A DNA stretch of 64,000 bases. It comes from Paraspadella gotoi (Eukaryota > Animalia > Chaetognatha). The stretch lies in the NCBI GenBank assembly GCA_051294375.1, contig CM119269.1, positions 7,062,430 through 7,126,429 of the forward strand, in the 5' to 3' direction. Shown one piece after another: positions 25,361 to 38,969 of this stretch. Within the stretch, counting starts at the first letter, position 1, and each line of letters opens with the position of its first letter. The position numbers and the translations under genes were made by a program. The notes under the pieces were generated by a model that was not told the origin of the DNA, searched no databases, and saw only the letters and a program-made list of their open reading frames with translations.

Positions 25361-25414
25361 CGAGGGATTGAACAAGGCCTAGGTTAGGCTTGACATTGAC
25401 GAAACTCACGTAGA

Positions 25415-26081
25415 ACCTAAGTTGTAGTTCATTCAAATAGCGATNNNNNNNNNNNNNNNNNNNNNNNNNGTCGCCGGCGATTCACGCACGAGTCGCAGGT
25501 GTGGTTCTAATTGGTTGGCGACTTCGTCATAGCGATATCGCCAGGGCCCTGGCGATGTCGCCAGTACCCCCACTGGCGACCTCGCCAGTGATAAAAGTAG
25601 CGAATATAATGAAAAGCGCAGCTAACACGGGGATGAACATCACCTATGGGCTCCTCTCCCAACCCTAACCCTAAACCAGACCTCCCGTTCAACTCTGTGC
25701 CTCTCCCCTAACCCTAACCCGGGCCGGGGCCTCCTGTACATCTTCGTGCCTTAACCCTAACCCTAACCGCCTTCGATGCATCAACCATGGGCCCCTCCCC
25801 CAACCCTATCCCTAAACCGAGCCTCCTGTTCAATTCCATGCCTCTCCCCTAACCCTAACCCAGGCCCGGCCTCCCGTACATCTCCGTAGCTCAACCCTAA
25901 CCCTAATCGTCTTCGATATATATCCCACGGGCCTCTCTCCCAATCCTAACCCTAAACCGGGCCCAGGCCTGCCATACATCTCCGTGCCTCAACCCTAATC
26001 CCTAATGTCCCTCACCAGTACCTTCCCTAAGCCTAATCCTAACGCGGGCCTCCTGGTCATCAACGACACCCTCCCTACCCC
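25415..26081 (+). repeat. Second copy of the palindromic head plus composite CCCTAA array
   Basis: Colinear with 5505-6150. Confidence 0.85.
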
Positions 26082-26091
26082 NNNNNNNNNN

Positions 26092-29000
26092 CTCGATTAT
26101 GCTCTAAAGTCATTGTTTACTTCATTGTCAAATATCTTCTGTAAATAGACTCTCGAATCCCTCTCATTACAAGTCGCTTACCAATTATTTCTATGTCTCT
26201 TTAACTTATAATTTAATTTTAGTACATATAAAAAATATAGTTTTTTAATTTTTAGCTAATTTAATAAGAGGAGGAAGGAGAGAGAGAGCGGGAGAGAGGC
26301 GAGCAGAGAGGAGCGAGAGTGAGGGGAAGAGTGGCCTACTGCCGTAAATTGTAAAATTAATTATAAATTTTTATAATCATAACAGCTAAAAATGCTATTA
26401 CAGATAATACGATTGTAATCGTAATCCCTTCACTTTAGATATTTAAATTAAATAAAATTTAGAACAATTTTACTACGCTCTAAAGTCGCAACTATTAAAT
26501 AATAATCGTGTTAAACGAATTCAAAATTCTTTGCTTTCTCTAAAATATAACCAAATAAAAAGACAATCTAATCTGAACGCCAGACTTGCAAAGTCAACAC
26601 GAAAAAGGCAATCCATCGATTACTTATTCTATGACAATTATTTTCAATTACTCCTAATTCAGACACAATTAATCAGAAGACACTTTTTAACCACTTTACC
26701 TCTGAAAATGAAACGTTTTAAACTTTAACCATATTCTTTCTAACTGGAACGCGTATCTATCAAAATTCCATCATCTATTACATTTACAAATATTATTATA
26801 ACGCATTGCTAACTCAAACTCTTTTTAACATCCAAAATTTACTTGCAAAGTCGTTATACGCCGGCTAAGCAACTCTCTCCATTCCAGTGAGACATTGCCT
26901 AGCTCGATCTCTTCTTCTACCAGCATTCTAACATGAAGATTGCTTCATCAGCATAGAGGAGAAACCAACAGAGTAAACGGAGTTAATTGTTTATTCATCC
27001 CCCTCTAAATTAATCCCTCTACCGGTTTTTAACTTCTTAACCATATTATTTTAAACAAACACAAGATGAAAACAAATACTTAAAAAGGCTTCCTTCTAAA
27101 CACCTGATTAAACAGATGATTTAAATAAAAACTTATTTTGTCTGGCTGATCTACTACATGACTACACCAGTCATATGTCTCGACATATATTAACGCCTAA
27201 TCACATCAAATAGATTAACGCCTATGCTTATCGAACTGACCATCTCCTCTTAAATAGAGCAAAACTTCACCTCAGAAGAACCACAATTTGTCCCATACAG
27301 GATTGCAAACAGCATCCACGCTTCCATCCATCTCCACGAATCGGTACTCCATGCACCCATCTCCCCGGCAACACAATTTCCAAACCATCTCTAACCGATC
27401 TCCCTGACTTTCTTTCTCCAAGATCCATCTCCAAATCTGTCTCCCCCGACTTATCTAAAACTAAACAACAAAGTCGAGATTTTAAAATCCAGTTTGCACC
27501 GCTTCTAACCATCGAACAAAAATCAAATTCTCAATCCCCAACTACGCCAGAAACCGCATATCGTAAACACCCCAACGGCCGTAACTATTTCAACCACCGA
27601 AGTCCACACATACTCAATGGCGTCGCAAAAATCTGCTCCTCTAATTCCACACTCACTGACCTCAAGCAGAATTTCCCGACGCTCCGAACTCCAATAGATT
27701 GTTCCTCTCCTCTCCCAGACAAACTAATCAGCCGATACCTTTCTTCTCCGCATGGCGTGCCTAGGGGGGAATATTGTGGTGGAGACCTCTTCACCGATCC
27801 ACAGCCCCATCCACCTTTGCCGAAGATAATTGATACTGAAATGTCGCTCGTCCTCTCAGTCTCTCTCAATTCATCATCTCTTAATCACTCTCTCTCTCTC
27901 TCTCTCTTTGAACAACTTGACCACGTTATTCATTATCTTTCCCTCCGATAATGCTCTAAGGTCCATTGTTTACATTCATCTGCCAAATACTTCTGGTAAA
28001 TAGAACTCTCCGAAATTCCCTCATCATTCAAGATCCGCCTAACCAATTACTTTCTAATGTCCCTTTAACTTATAATTTAATTTTAAATACGTACACGTAT
28101 AAAAAAATAGTTATTTATTCTTAGCTTCAATTGTAATATAATAATTTTTGGATCATATACATACTTTTTATATAATATAACTCAATTTTCAATGAGAATC
28201 TCCCGAAAGTCTAGCCTTTCANNNNNNNNNNNNNNNNNNNNNNNNNCAAAACTAAAAAAAAACTTTTTTCAAATTTTGACATTTTCCATTGTAAGTACTA
28301 TGTATAACTATGGCCGCATGAAAAAATTTAGAAATTCCCCCAAAAATTTTTTTATATATCAATGTTGTTTAGTACAACACTGTTCATGAACATTGAACAA
28401 CTATTCAAATTTTGATCTGCAACTTTCACTACGCCTTATTATATGTACATATATATGCTCTTTTCGTTAATGCTATCCACCATTGCCATTTGCTTTTGGT
28501 ATATGACAATGGCATCCACAATGTCAACTTAGCACTGGTCGCTGTCCTGTGCGCCCTATAACTAATAACCACCTCTTGCAAACTCAAAAAGTTTATTGCC
28601 AATGTACAACAATGGATGTGGGGAAGTTTAATACCTAATATGAGTTATTACTATTAGTCATTTCTACCATTTCACTCCTACATTTAAAACTCGCGAAGTC
28701 GCAAAAAGGAAAAAAAACAACAACAGTTGGATCAGCTCCGTCCTCGATTCCTTACACGCGGAATCTTAGCGTCGCGACGCCGATTCAGAGGACCGTCACG
28801 CCTAGTGCGATACCATGCCACCTTTCCGCATACACAATCTTTTCTTCCTTCTAGTCTGATTTATTGACTTCCAAACTTTCAGACTTCCTAATCGATTCCA
28901 TTGCAATTTAGACTTTCTCGGCGAAAGGAATCGGGAAATTAGATTGACAGAGAATTCGCACCTGAACACATCTTTGCCCATCCGAGCATAAATTTAGTCG

Positions 29001-32000
29001 TCTTCCGCTATCCAACTTTAGGAAGGACTAAAAATGGCATTTGTTATATACCGCTATAGAAACTTTGACTAAATTGTTAAAAGGAGAAATTCTGTCACAA
29101 CCTTTAGAGTGATGGTAGACAATCACGCCGCAAAGAAGAATACTTAAAAAAGCTATAATAAATTTCTGGTTTAAAAGCTTTTAATCTGTATCCAGAATAC
29201 CATCAAAAAAATTTTAAAGATAATCAAAAATTGTTTTTTTCTTATAATATATTACTTTTTAATAATTTTAATTACGGACAGTAACCACTCAAACGAATAC
29301 GACCATTCGAACAAAAAAATAATTACTATCAAAATAATCTAATGCTCACAGCATAGATTACTTTAATGCCTGTACTAACTTACATATTTATATTCTTCAC
29401 CCGGCCCAATATGGAGCTAAACTATATTCTATTTTTTGGAAAACAAAGAGGAGCATCAAATAATCTTATAATTTCATAATTGCGAATCCCAACTATTCAG
29501 CTTAACAAAAAGTCTCACTGCCTCACTGAAAGGCTCTTTATGCTTCAGACTAATTTAGAATGGTGAGAGTGAGCACAAAGGGAAATAAAAACATTCTTAA
29601 CTTAAAATACATAGTCCTGTCATTCAAGTTTAACGTATCATAGATGCAATCAATTATGATTCTTGTAATTTTTTCAACATTTTAGAAAAAAATATTTAAA
29701 CTCCTGTCCCCAAAACCCATTATTTTTTTTATTAAAATTGAACGTGGGGAAAAGAGTGCAAGACAACTTACTATTTATATCCCCCATTAAGCCTCTTAAA
29801 ATTCTTTTAAAAAATTCTTGCTCTTTCTATCTTGGATGTGTATGTTAATAGAGAGAAATAATTATGCAAACATTAAACCACCTTTATTGACAAGTAAATC
29901 ACTGGCACAATGTGCAACATCCCATTCGCCACTTCCAAGTTCACAAAAATTTTAGTATATAAAATTTTTAAAATTATTTTTCCATTGAATAAATATATCT
30001 TTGGTTACACTTTACGTACAAACCAGACTCAAGATTTTTTTGTAGTAAAAACAAAAGTTATTTAATAATTCTAGTTGCCTTAAGAAATCTAGCTTAATTC
30101 AATACAAAATTGAAAAAATAAAAATTTTATAATATATTTTTTCAAAATATCTGACCTATTCTAACTATATTTGATTGAAACCAATATTGTTTATATAAGT
30201 ATCACAAAAACTGAGGAAAGACCCTAAATTAAAATGGTAAAAATAATTTGAATTATTCACAATCTACAAAACCTAAGTTGTAGTTCACTCAAACGTGATG
30301 TGCAGCCGCGATATCAGCGCAACAGAGTCGCAGGTGTGGTTCTAAATTGCGGTATGCACGACTATCGTCATAAAGCGATATCGCCAAGGGCCCTGGCGAT
30401 AGTCCGCCAGATACCCCCCACCTGCCGGACCATCCGCCAGGTGATAAANNNNNNNNNNNNNNNNNNNNNNNNNGCTATAATTAAATTTCTGGTTTAACTT
30501 TTTATGCTGTATCCGAATCCATCAAAAAATTTTAAGATGTCAAAAATGTTTTTTTCTTTATATAATTATATAATAATTTTAATTAGGCTAGTACCCTCAG
30601 AAGAAAGCATTTTTGACAAAAAATATTTACTACCATAATCTATGCTCATAATAGATTATTTTAACGCTGTATACTTTAGCATTTATATTTCACCGGCTAT
30701 GGCTANNNNNNNNNNNNNNNNNNNNNNNNNNNNNNNNNNNNNNNNNNNNNNNNNNNNNNNNNNNNNNNNNNNNNNNNNNNNNNNNNNNNNNNNNNNNNNN
30801 NNNNNNNNNNNNNNNNNNNNNNNNNNNNNNNNNNNNNNNNNNNNNNNNNNNNNNNNNNNNNNNNNNNNNNNNNNNNNNNNNNNNNNNNNNNNNNNNNNNN
30901 NNNNNNNNNNNNNNNNNNNNNNNNNNNNNNNNNNNNNNNNNNNNNNNNNNNNNNNNNNNNNNNNNNNNNNNNNNNNNNNNNNNNNNNNNNNNNNNNNNNN
31001 NNNNNNNNNNNNNNNNNNNNNNNNNNNNNNNNNNNNNNNNNNNNNNNNNNNNNNNNNNNNNNNNNNNNNNNNNNNNNNNNNNNNNNNNNNNNNNNNNNNN
31101 NNNNNNNNNNNNNNNNNNNNNNNNNNNNNNNNNNNNNNNNNNNNNNNNNNNNNNNNNNNNNNNNNNNNNNNNNNNNNNNNNNNNNNNNNNNNNNNNNNNN
31201 NNNNNNNNNNNNNNNNNNNNNNNNNNNNNNNNNNNNNNNNNNNNNNNNNNNNNNNNNNNNNNNNNNNNNNNNNNNNNNNNNNNNNNNNNNNNNNNNNNNN
31301 NNNNNNNNNNNNNNNNNNNNNNNNNNNNNNNNNNNNNGAAAGAGTGCAAGAACTTATTTTATCCCATAAGCTCTTAATTTTTTTTAAATTTTGCTCTTTT
31401 TTTGGATTGTGTTGTTATAGAAGAAATATTTATGCAAATACCCTTTATNNNNNNNNNNNNNNNNNNNNNNNNNNNNNNNNNNNNNNNNNNNNNNNNNNNN
31501 NNNNNNNNNNNNNNNNNNNNNNNNNNNNNNNNNNNNNNNNNNNNNNNNNNNNNNNNNNNNNNNNNNNNNNNNNNNNNNNNNNNNNNNNNNNNNNNNNNNN
31601 NNNNNNNNNNNNNNNNNNNNNNNNNNNNNNNNNNNNNNNNNNNNNNNNNNNNNNNNNNNNNNNNNNNNNNNNNNNNNNNACAACCAGACTCAGATTTTTT
31701 TTGTAGTAAAAACAAAAGTCATTTATATATTCTAGTTGCCTTAAAAATCCAGCGTTAATTTAATCAAAATTGAAAAAATAAAATTTTAAAATATATTTTT
31801 TTCAAATATCTGACCTATTTAAACTATATTGATTGAACCAATTATTGCTTATATAGGTATACAAAAAAATCGTGGGAAAGACTAAATTAAAATGGTTAAA
31901 AATAATTTAATTATTAATCTAAACCTAAATTGTAGTTCATTCAAATAGTGATGTCGCCGGCGATTCACACACGAGTCGCAGGTGTGGTTCTAATTGGTTG

Positions 32001-32033
32001 GCGACTTCGCCATAGCGATATCGCCAGGGCCCT
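26092..32033 (+). repeat. Error-rich duplicated copies of the ~1.9-5.7 kb segment, separated by N gaps
   Basis: 26335-28220 matches 1895-3560, 28246-30447 matches 3570-5667, 30474-30705 matches 4485-4722, 31338-32033 matches 5008-5625, and 26092-26250 matches 3310-3490. Differences are mostly indels. Confidence 0.9.
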
Positions 32034-34959
32034 NNNNNNNNNNNNNNNNNNNNNNNNNNNNNNNNNNNNNNNNNNNNNNNNNNNNNNNNNNNNNNNNNNN
32101 NNNNNNNNNNNNNNNNNNNNNNNNNNNNNNNNNGTACTAGTAATTGATTGAGGTAATACTAATTGATTGATATAATAGTAATTTATTGATGTATAGCGGA
32201 ATTTGATTATTTGATTTCGATGATAATCAATTATTTGATGCGATGATAGTTCATTCATGCCTTGTGATTGTGATACGTGTCTTCAGTTGATGCGTATGAT
32301 TGTCATTTCATTTTGATTGCGGCATGATTGTCATTCATTGATGTACGATGATAGTCAAATAAAACAAACAAATGCTGTGTATGAGTGTGAAAGAGAGAGA
32401 GAGGAGAGAGCGAGAGAGATAATGAGGAGAGAGAAGAAAGAGAGACGAGATGAGCCGAGGAAAGGAGGAGGAGAGAGAGAGAGGAGGAGAAGAGAAAGAA
32501 AGGAAAGGAATAAATCCACGAAAATCTCGGATGAAAATATGGGGATTGTATTGAAAAAAGCGCGGAATAAATAGCAATAATAAAAAGTTTTTTAGAAGGA
32601 AAAAATTAATCAGAATTTTTTCCAAAAAACAAACGATTCACGCAAAAAGATCGTGACAGATAGGGCAGGACACACACAGAGAGACAGAAGACAGAGAGAG
32701 AGAGAGGGAAATAAGAGAGAGAGAGAGAAGGAGACTAGCCGCTGCAGAGAAAAAGAGCAAGAGGATATATATATAATTTAAAAGCATATATGAGAGCAGA
32801 GAAGCTCTACAGGCCCCTTACTCGTTAAGAATCAGCAAGTACTTATGGCGCCGCACGTTAGCGTGAGCTATTCTCTACCCAAAGGACCCGGGTACGCGCC
32901 CTGTTTTCGCGGCATCGTTTCTACATTAGTGAAACCCACATATATCTAAAAAATTTTTTGTAAAAAAAAAAAAGCAGGAGAGAGAGAAAGAGAGAGAGAG
33001 GAGCAGAAAGAAGCTGGACACGGAACGCTGCAGAGCCGGAATCGTTTTTAGAAAAGGAAGCTAAGTACGGAGAAAAAGAGGAGAGAGAGAGCTACATATA
33101 ATTAAAACGTTTTTGTTTTGTAAATTAAAACATAAACAAATACCAATATTGATATGAAACATTGAGAATTTTTAAAGATTCTTTTGATGATTAGAAGCCA
33201 TATATGAAAATTCACTCCCTAGATATCCACACTTTCAGAAGCCATGATTGCAAAAAAGCGAGACGAAAGCCTAAACGGAAAAAAAATTAGACAGGATGGG
33301 CTTTTGCCCGCCTGCGCCTCGGATAATAGAGAGGATATTTGTTTGGTTTTTGGTAAAATGTAAACAAAACATTTAATAACTGTCCTGACTCCAATTTTTA
33401 AGGACATCGATGATGACAAGCTGAATATAAATTATAATTATTTATTTAATTAATAATTAATTAATCTATTAATTTAATTTAATTTTTAATTAATTAATTA
33501 ATTAATCGTAGCGCAGATACCGACCTATTGTTTGCTCAAACTTGTTTTAATGTATCAAAGATACTATAATTCCATCAAAATGATACTTATTGTCGATATT
33601 TAACAAAAAGAATAGGAAAGGTAATTTGGACATGTTTATGACATAACAAGGCTGAGTAAGTGAGCAAAAGTTCTGAAATTGATGCAGAAACAAAGGAAAA
33701 AAGCGACAGAAAGAGAGTGAGGCAAAGAGTGAGAGCTAAAAGCCAAAGAGGCCACCTTCAAAGTAAGAGAGCAGAATTTCTGATTCTTGGATTAAGGTTA
33801 CGGTTGCACGTTCGAGGTACCACAAATATTTTTTTTTCTTGTAACCAGGAGACGTCAGATAAGAAAAGATTATTGAATGTGACTTTGATGAGTGATTAAA
33901 TAATTAATTAATAGATAAATAAATTTGATTCATTGTGAACAATAACATTGATTAATATGATGATTAATTTAATTATTGATTAATTAATTGATTAATTAAC
34001 TGGTTTTATTTAATTAATTTACATCTTGTATTTTAAGTCGGATCTGCCCACGTCATTATCGGTATTTAATTAATTAATTAATAATTAATTAATAATAATT
34101 TAATTCAAAACATAATTAATTTATTTAATTAATTATATTAAATTTATTCAAGTTTAATTATTTAATTAATTAGCCAAAATAAATTAATATGACCCGATTT
34201 CAAAGACCTCGATGATGAGAAGCTGTATAAATACAACAACAACGACGACGACGCCATTTTATGTGCGAAACCACAGCAAAATCATTGCAAACGCGAGCGA
34301 TAAAATATAAATTTAAATTAATAACTAAAATTGATCTTTATTTTTTTAATTTAAAACCTCACTTACTAGCCTGATTCCGTTGAAACTTGAATTCAGGTCA
34401 ATGAAACTAGTTTTAATCACGGACAAAATTTCAACTCAATTGATTTTATCCAAACAATAAGTAATAAGACTTTTAAAGGTTACGGAGAAAAGATGGACGA
34501 CAGACAGATGGACAGACAAATATTTAAAGTTTTTGATATCAAACGACAGCTTAACAAAGAGATTCTTGACTCGCATTGTTTTTATAAGAGATATGTTGTT
34601 TCACACATTATAGAATAAACCAATCTTTCTTTTTAGTTTTGATTCTGCGGCATTTATGCTTATTTAACTGTATCTTGAGAGCATTACAAGATTTTGCTTA
34701 ATTTTTATACATAAACATTCACGGAGTAATGTATACTAGGATGAGAAAAGAATAAAAAATGAAAAAAATCATATAATGAAATTTTTTTTTTAACTGCATA
34801 GTTTATTCTACGAGACTGTACATCCTTTATTAAAAATGTGATATACTTTTTACCTAGATAGTAGATAGTACTTACACACTTACTGAAAGTAAAATCCCCT
34901 TCCCAAAATTAGAAATATATGGAATGAACAAGTTTGAGCAAACAATGTCGGATCTGCCT

Positions 34960-35482
34960 ACGAGAATTATTTGGTCAACTGGCATAATTTGGTCAACTGA
35001 CATAATTTTGTCAGCTGGCATAATTTGGTCAACTGACATAATTTGGTCAACTGACATAATTTGATTAACTAACATAATTTGATCAACTGACATAATTTGG
35101 TAAACTGACATAATTTGGTCAACTGACTTAATTTTTTTAACTGACATAATTTGTTCAACTGACATAATTTGGTCTACTAACATAATTTGGTCAATTAACA
35201 TAATTTGGTCAACCGGCATAATTTGGTCAACTGGCATAATTTTATCAACTGGCATAATTTGGTCAACTGGCATAATTTGGTCAACTGGCATAATTTGGTC
35301 AACTGGCATAATTTGGTCAACTGGCATAATTTGGTCAACTGGCATAATTTGGTCAACTGGCATAATTTGGTCAACAGGCATAATTTGGTCTACTGGCATA
35401 ATTTGGTCAACTGGCATAATTTGGTCAACTTGCAGAATTTGGTCAACTGGCATATTTTTGTCAATTGGCATAATTTGGTCAA
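34960..35482. repeat. 18 bp minisatellite (GGCATAATTTGGTCAACT) in about 29 copies
   Basis: Direct tandem copies start immediately after a DINE-like end sequence (aacaagtttgagcaaacaatgtcggatctgcc, 34927-34962). Confidence 0.95.
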
Positions 35483-35932
35483 TTTGAGAAAATTTCAAAG
35501 GGGCAAAAAGGAAAATTTCCCTTTAGACGGGGCGGCGTCGAAGGCCAAAACAACCCAGGGAGTCTAGCGTCGGCAAAGAAGACTTAACGTTGGCTCGGAA
35601 ACAAAAGCTCTTGTGGCCAAGGTGCCCCTTGTCTGTAATTGTCAATGAAGGAGACCTCTGTCGGCGTTTGTCATCTAAGGTGCCCTTTGTCGGAGTTTGA
35701 ATGCTCGGGTGCCTCATTTAGGCGTGCGTCGGCTCAGTCCACCGGTGTCGGCGATTGTCGGCCACAACTCTCTCTTTGTCGGCCCCGACCCGTCGGCCAC
35801 GCGATTTTGTCTTTGCTCGAAGGAAAAGAAAAAGATGAAAGATTATATTTTAAACCCGAAGTAGCGGGACACAACTTTTCCAGTTTATGTCGACCGTTGA
35901 GGTTGTCATTTTGAGATGGACAAACACGGAAA

Positions 35933-35969
<37 letters not shown>

Positions 35970-36353
35970 ATTTAATGTTGATTTACGGCTTTCTTTCTTT
36001 CTTCTATTTTTTCTTTCCTTCTTTTATTCTTCTTTTCGGTCTTGTTTTGTTCACCATTATTTTTAAAGTTTTATCTATACATATATTCATTTTTTTTAAA
36101 TTCTTACAATTTTATCTTATTTTTTCTCCTTTTTTTTTCTACCCTTTGAAGTTCAAATGAAATATTTCTTCTGTTCTTCCTATCTTTTTCGAGTAGCATA
36201 TTCTGTGAATAAACTAACATTATACCAATAAACCCATTTTAACGTCAGTTTCTGCTTATTTTGTATTTATCGTATATAATTCATTAACTTCTTTTTTTTA
36301 TCTATCTTTCTTTCTCTCTTTTTCTTTGTTCTCTCTTTTTTTCTTTCTTTCAT

Positions 36354-36433
<80 letters not shown>

Positions 36434-38266
36434 TCATTTTTTCTGTCTTTCCCTCTTTTCTGTTTGTCTCCTTTGTTTTCTTTCTTTCCATTTGAGGAGA
36501 CGACTTCGCGTGACGGTAACCAAATTATGGAAATAGTCGAGGCTAAACGATGGCGACCCACGAGAGAGGAGAGAGAGAAGGGAAGGCGAAGGGAGGAAAG
36601 GGAGGAAGAGAAGAGAAAAGGGAGGGAGGGAGGAAGAAGAAAATTAAAGAAGAGAAGGAGAGAAGAAAAAAGAAGAGAGAAAAAGAGGATAAAGGAAGAA
36701 GCGTGGTAGAAAAGGAGAGAGGGAAAGAGAGGAGGAGGCAGGAGGAGGAGAAAAAGAGAAGATAAAGAGAAGGGAAAACAGAAGAGAAGAGAAGAGGGAA
36801 AAGAAGGAGAAGGGATTAAGAGAAAATGAAGAAAATAAGATACGGAGGAGGTTGCAACGAAGAAAGAAAAAGGAGAGAAAGCGACAGAGAAAAGTGGATA
36901 TACGTAGAAGCGAGGAGGCGAAACATGGGAGCGAAAGAAAAAAAAGATCGTGAAAAAGAGGAGAAATAATTGGAGGCGAGGAAAGAGAAAAATGTGGAGG
37001 AGGAGGAGGAGGAGGAGGAGGAGGAGGAGGAGAAAGGATTTCGAGCGAAAGTGAAGAAGATTTCACGAGCGACAGAAAGAGTGACTGAAGACGATGGTCG
37101 AGACTTGAGAAGGTGAAAAAAAAAACGAGGATGGAAAACGAGAGTGAGACTGTGAGTGGAATCACAAGAATGAGTGAATGTTGAGAGAAGTATGCGAGAG
37201 ACGTTAGAAATGAGGATGATGAAGTTAAAAAGTGGAGAAGTAGAATGTAGCATAAAATGAGGTGTTTTTTTTATTCATATCAAGTAATGATACAGATTGA
37301 TGCACAAATACATTAACAGGCAAATAATATCTAACAAAAACCAAAAAAATAAAACGAATAAGTTTGATAATCAAAGCATTGTTTCCCAGTATGTACAACA
37401 AAACTTTGTTATTTGTTAATACAAGGTTCTCCAAAAATTGTGTCCGTCTTTGATGAAAGATTGTATAAATGTCGGGTTCGTATGCTTTGCCATCTGTTCC
37501 ATCAAAATGGGCATGAAGGAAAAATAGTAAATTTAAATTTAAGAGGTACATTGGAGACTTTATACGGAGAAAAATGATTCAGGGATAAGCTGTATACTTC
37601 TGGTCATGTACAAAGATTGATGCAAAGCATTCTAAAAGACAACCAAATGCTACAGGGCATTCCAAAAGATTCCGAAATGCTGCCGGGCATTTTAAAAGAC
37701 GACAAGATGCTCTTAAAGGATTCCAAAATGCTGAGAAGTGTTCTTAAAGAGGACAAGTTGCTGCGGGGCGTTCAGAGTCAAACAAAGGAACTTTAACTTC
37801 AAGGCAAAAAACTCCTCTGGCCAAAAAAGAAAAAAAGAATAAAAATGAGAGAAACGACATAAACCATCGAAATTGGACTGAAAATGAAAACTGAAGGAAA
37901 AAAAAGTTCTTTAACGTCTCCAAGTAATTTATTGGATTTTGGGTCTTAACCCGATTCCAGCGAATTGAGGGCAATGGCCTGACCCATTAAGGCGCGCCCT
38001 TTGAAACCGGGATGGCACGGTACGACCTTTTTCGAGCGGCCAAGTGTCAAACCCTTTTTCCCTAGTCCCTGCAACCAGAGTCGGGTCAAACACTGCCTTT
38101 AAAAATCTGGTTTCGTGTACTGACCTCCAATCTTTGGTCAGTGGGACGCTGAAAATTTTCACCCTTTCTTATTTTTTGTATGAGTATACTTGCTACTTTG
38201 CTTGCATGTTTGTTTGCTTGTTTTCTTTTTATCATTTCTATTGTTCTTTATTCTTTTCAGTTAGTT

Positions 38267-38302
<36 letters not shown>

Positions 38303-38463
38303 TTTCTTTCTTCTTTCTTTCTTTCTTGTCTTCTTCCTTTCTTTTTCCTTTCTTCAGAAAAATTCATGCGTCATTTGCTGTCCGAAAACCCCACGTGACC
38401 TTTTGAACGCTTCGCCATAATTTGAGAAAAAAATGTTGCAATAGTTGTGATTTTTTTCCAACC

Positions 38464-38500
<37 letters not shown>

Positions 38501-38526
38501 CTCTCTTCTCTCTCTCTCTTCTCTCT

Positions 38527-38569
<43 letters not shown>

Positions 38570-38969
38570 ACACCATGTATTCTCCTTTGACCAAATATCT
38601 CCGGACAGTGTTTTCTTGTCCAACTCGATCTGCCTTTTTCTATTTTTTCTTTCTTCTTTCTTTCTTTTCTTTTTCTTTCTTTCTTTCTTTCTTTCTTTCT
38701 TTTTCTTCTTTTTTCTTTCTTTTTTTCTTTCTTTCTTTCTTTTCAGAAAGAGAGTTAGACTTAGAGAGATCAGGACGGCGACAAATCTGATTACGCCAGC
38801 CGGGCCAAAAAAAAAAAAAAAAGGAAATCTAAACAAAAAAAACTTTCTGGAGAGATAAGAGTCGAAAACGTCAGCTCAATTACTTCAGATTTAATAATCT
38901 TCGCCCAAAGTGTTTTTTCTATTTTTTTTGGTTGTTGTGTCATTGTTGTCGTTTTTTATTCGATTATTG

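Larger units (their letters stand above)
18850..25412 (+). mobile_element. Putative tyrosine-recombinase DNA element (Crypton-like architecture), boundaries approximate
   Basis: A GC-richer block between two telomere-motif arrays contains upstream direct repeats, ZnF plus YR coding fragments and a long 3' tandem array. No RT, RNase H or gag is recognisable. Confidence 0.55.

Noticed and set aside
30642-31758. Long ORFs made of X residues (also 40534-41085)
   Set aside because: They span N gaps.
34872-35498. 208 aa DQIMPV-repeat protein
   Set aside because: The ORF coincides with an 18 bp minisatellite attached to a transposon end and has almost no unique coding sequence.
35940-38860. F/L/S-rich and K/R/E-rich ORFs (also 42881-43706, 49057-49417 and 60297-61243)
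   Set aside because: They arise from (CT)n, (CTTT)n, (GAAAA)n and (CTTTG)n microsatellites.
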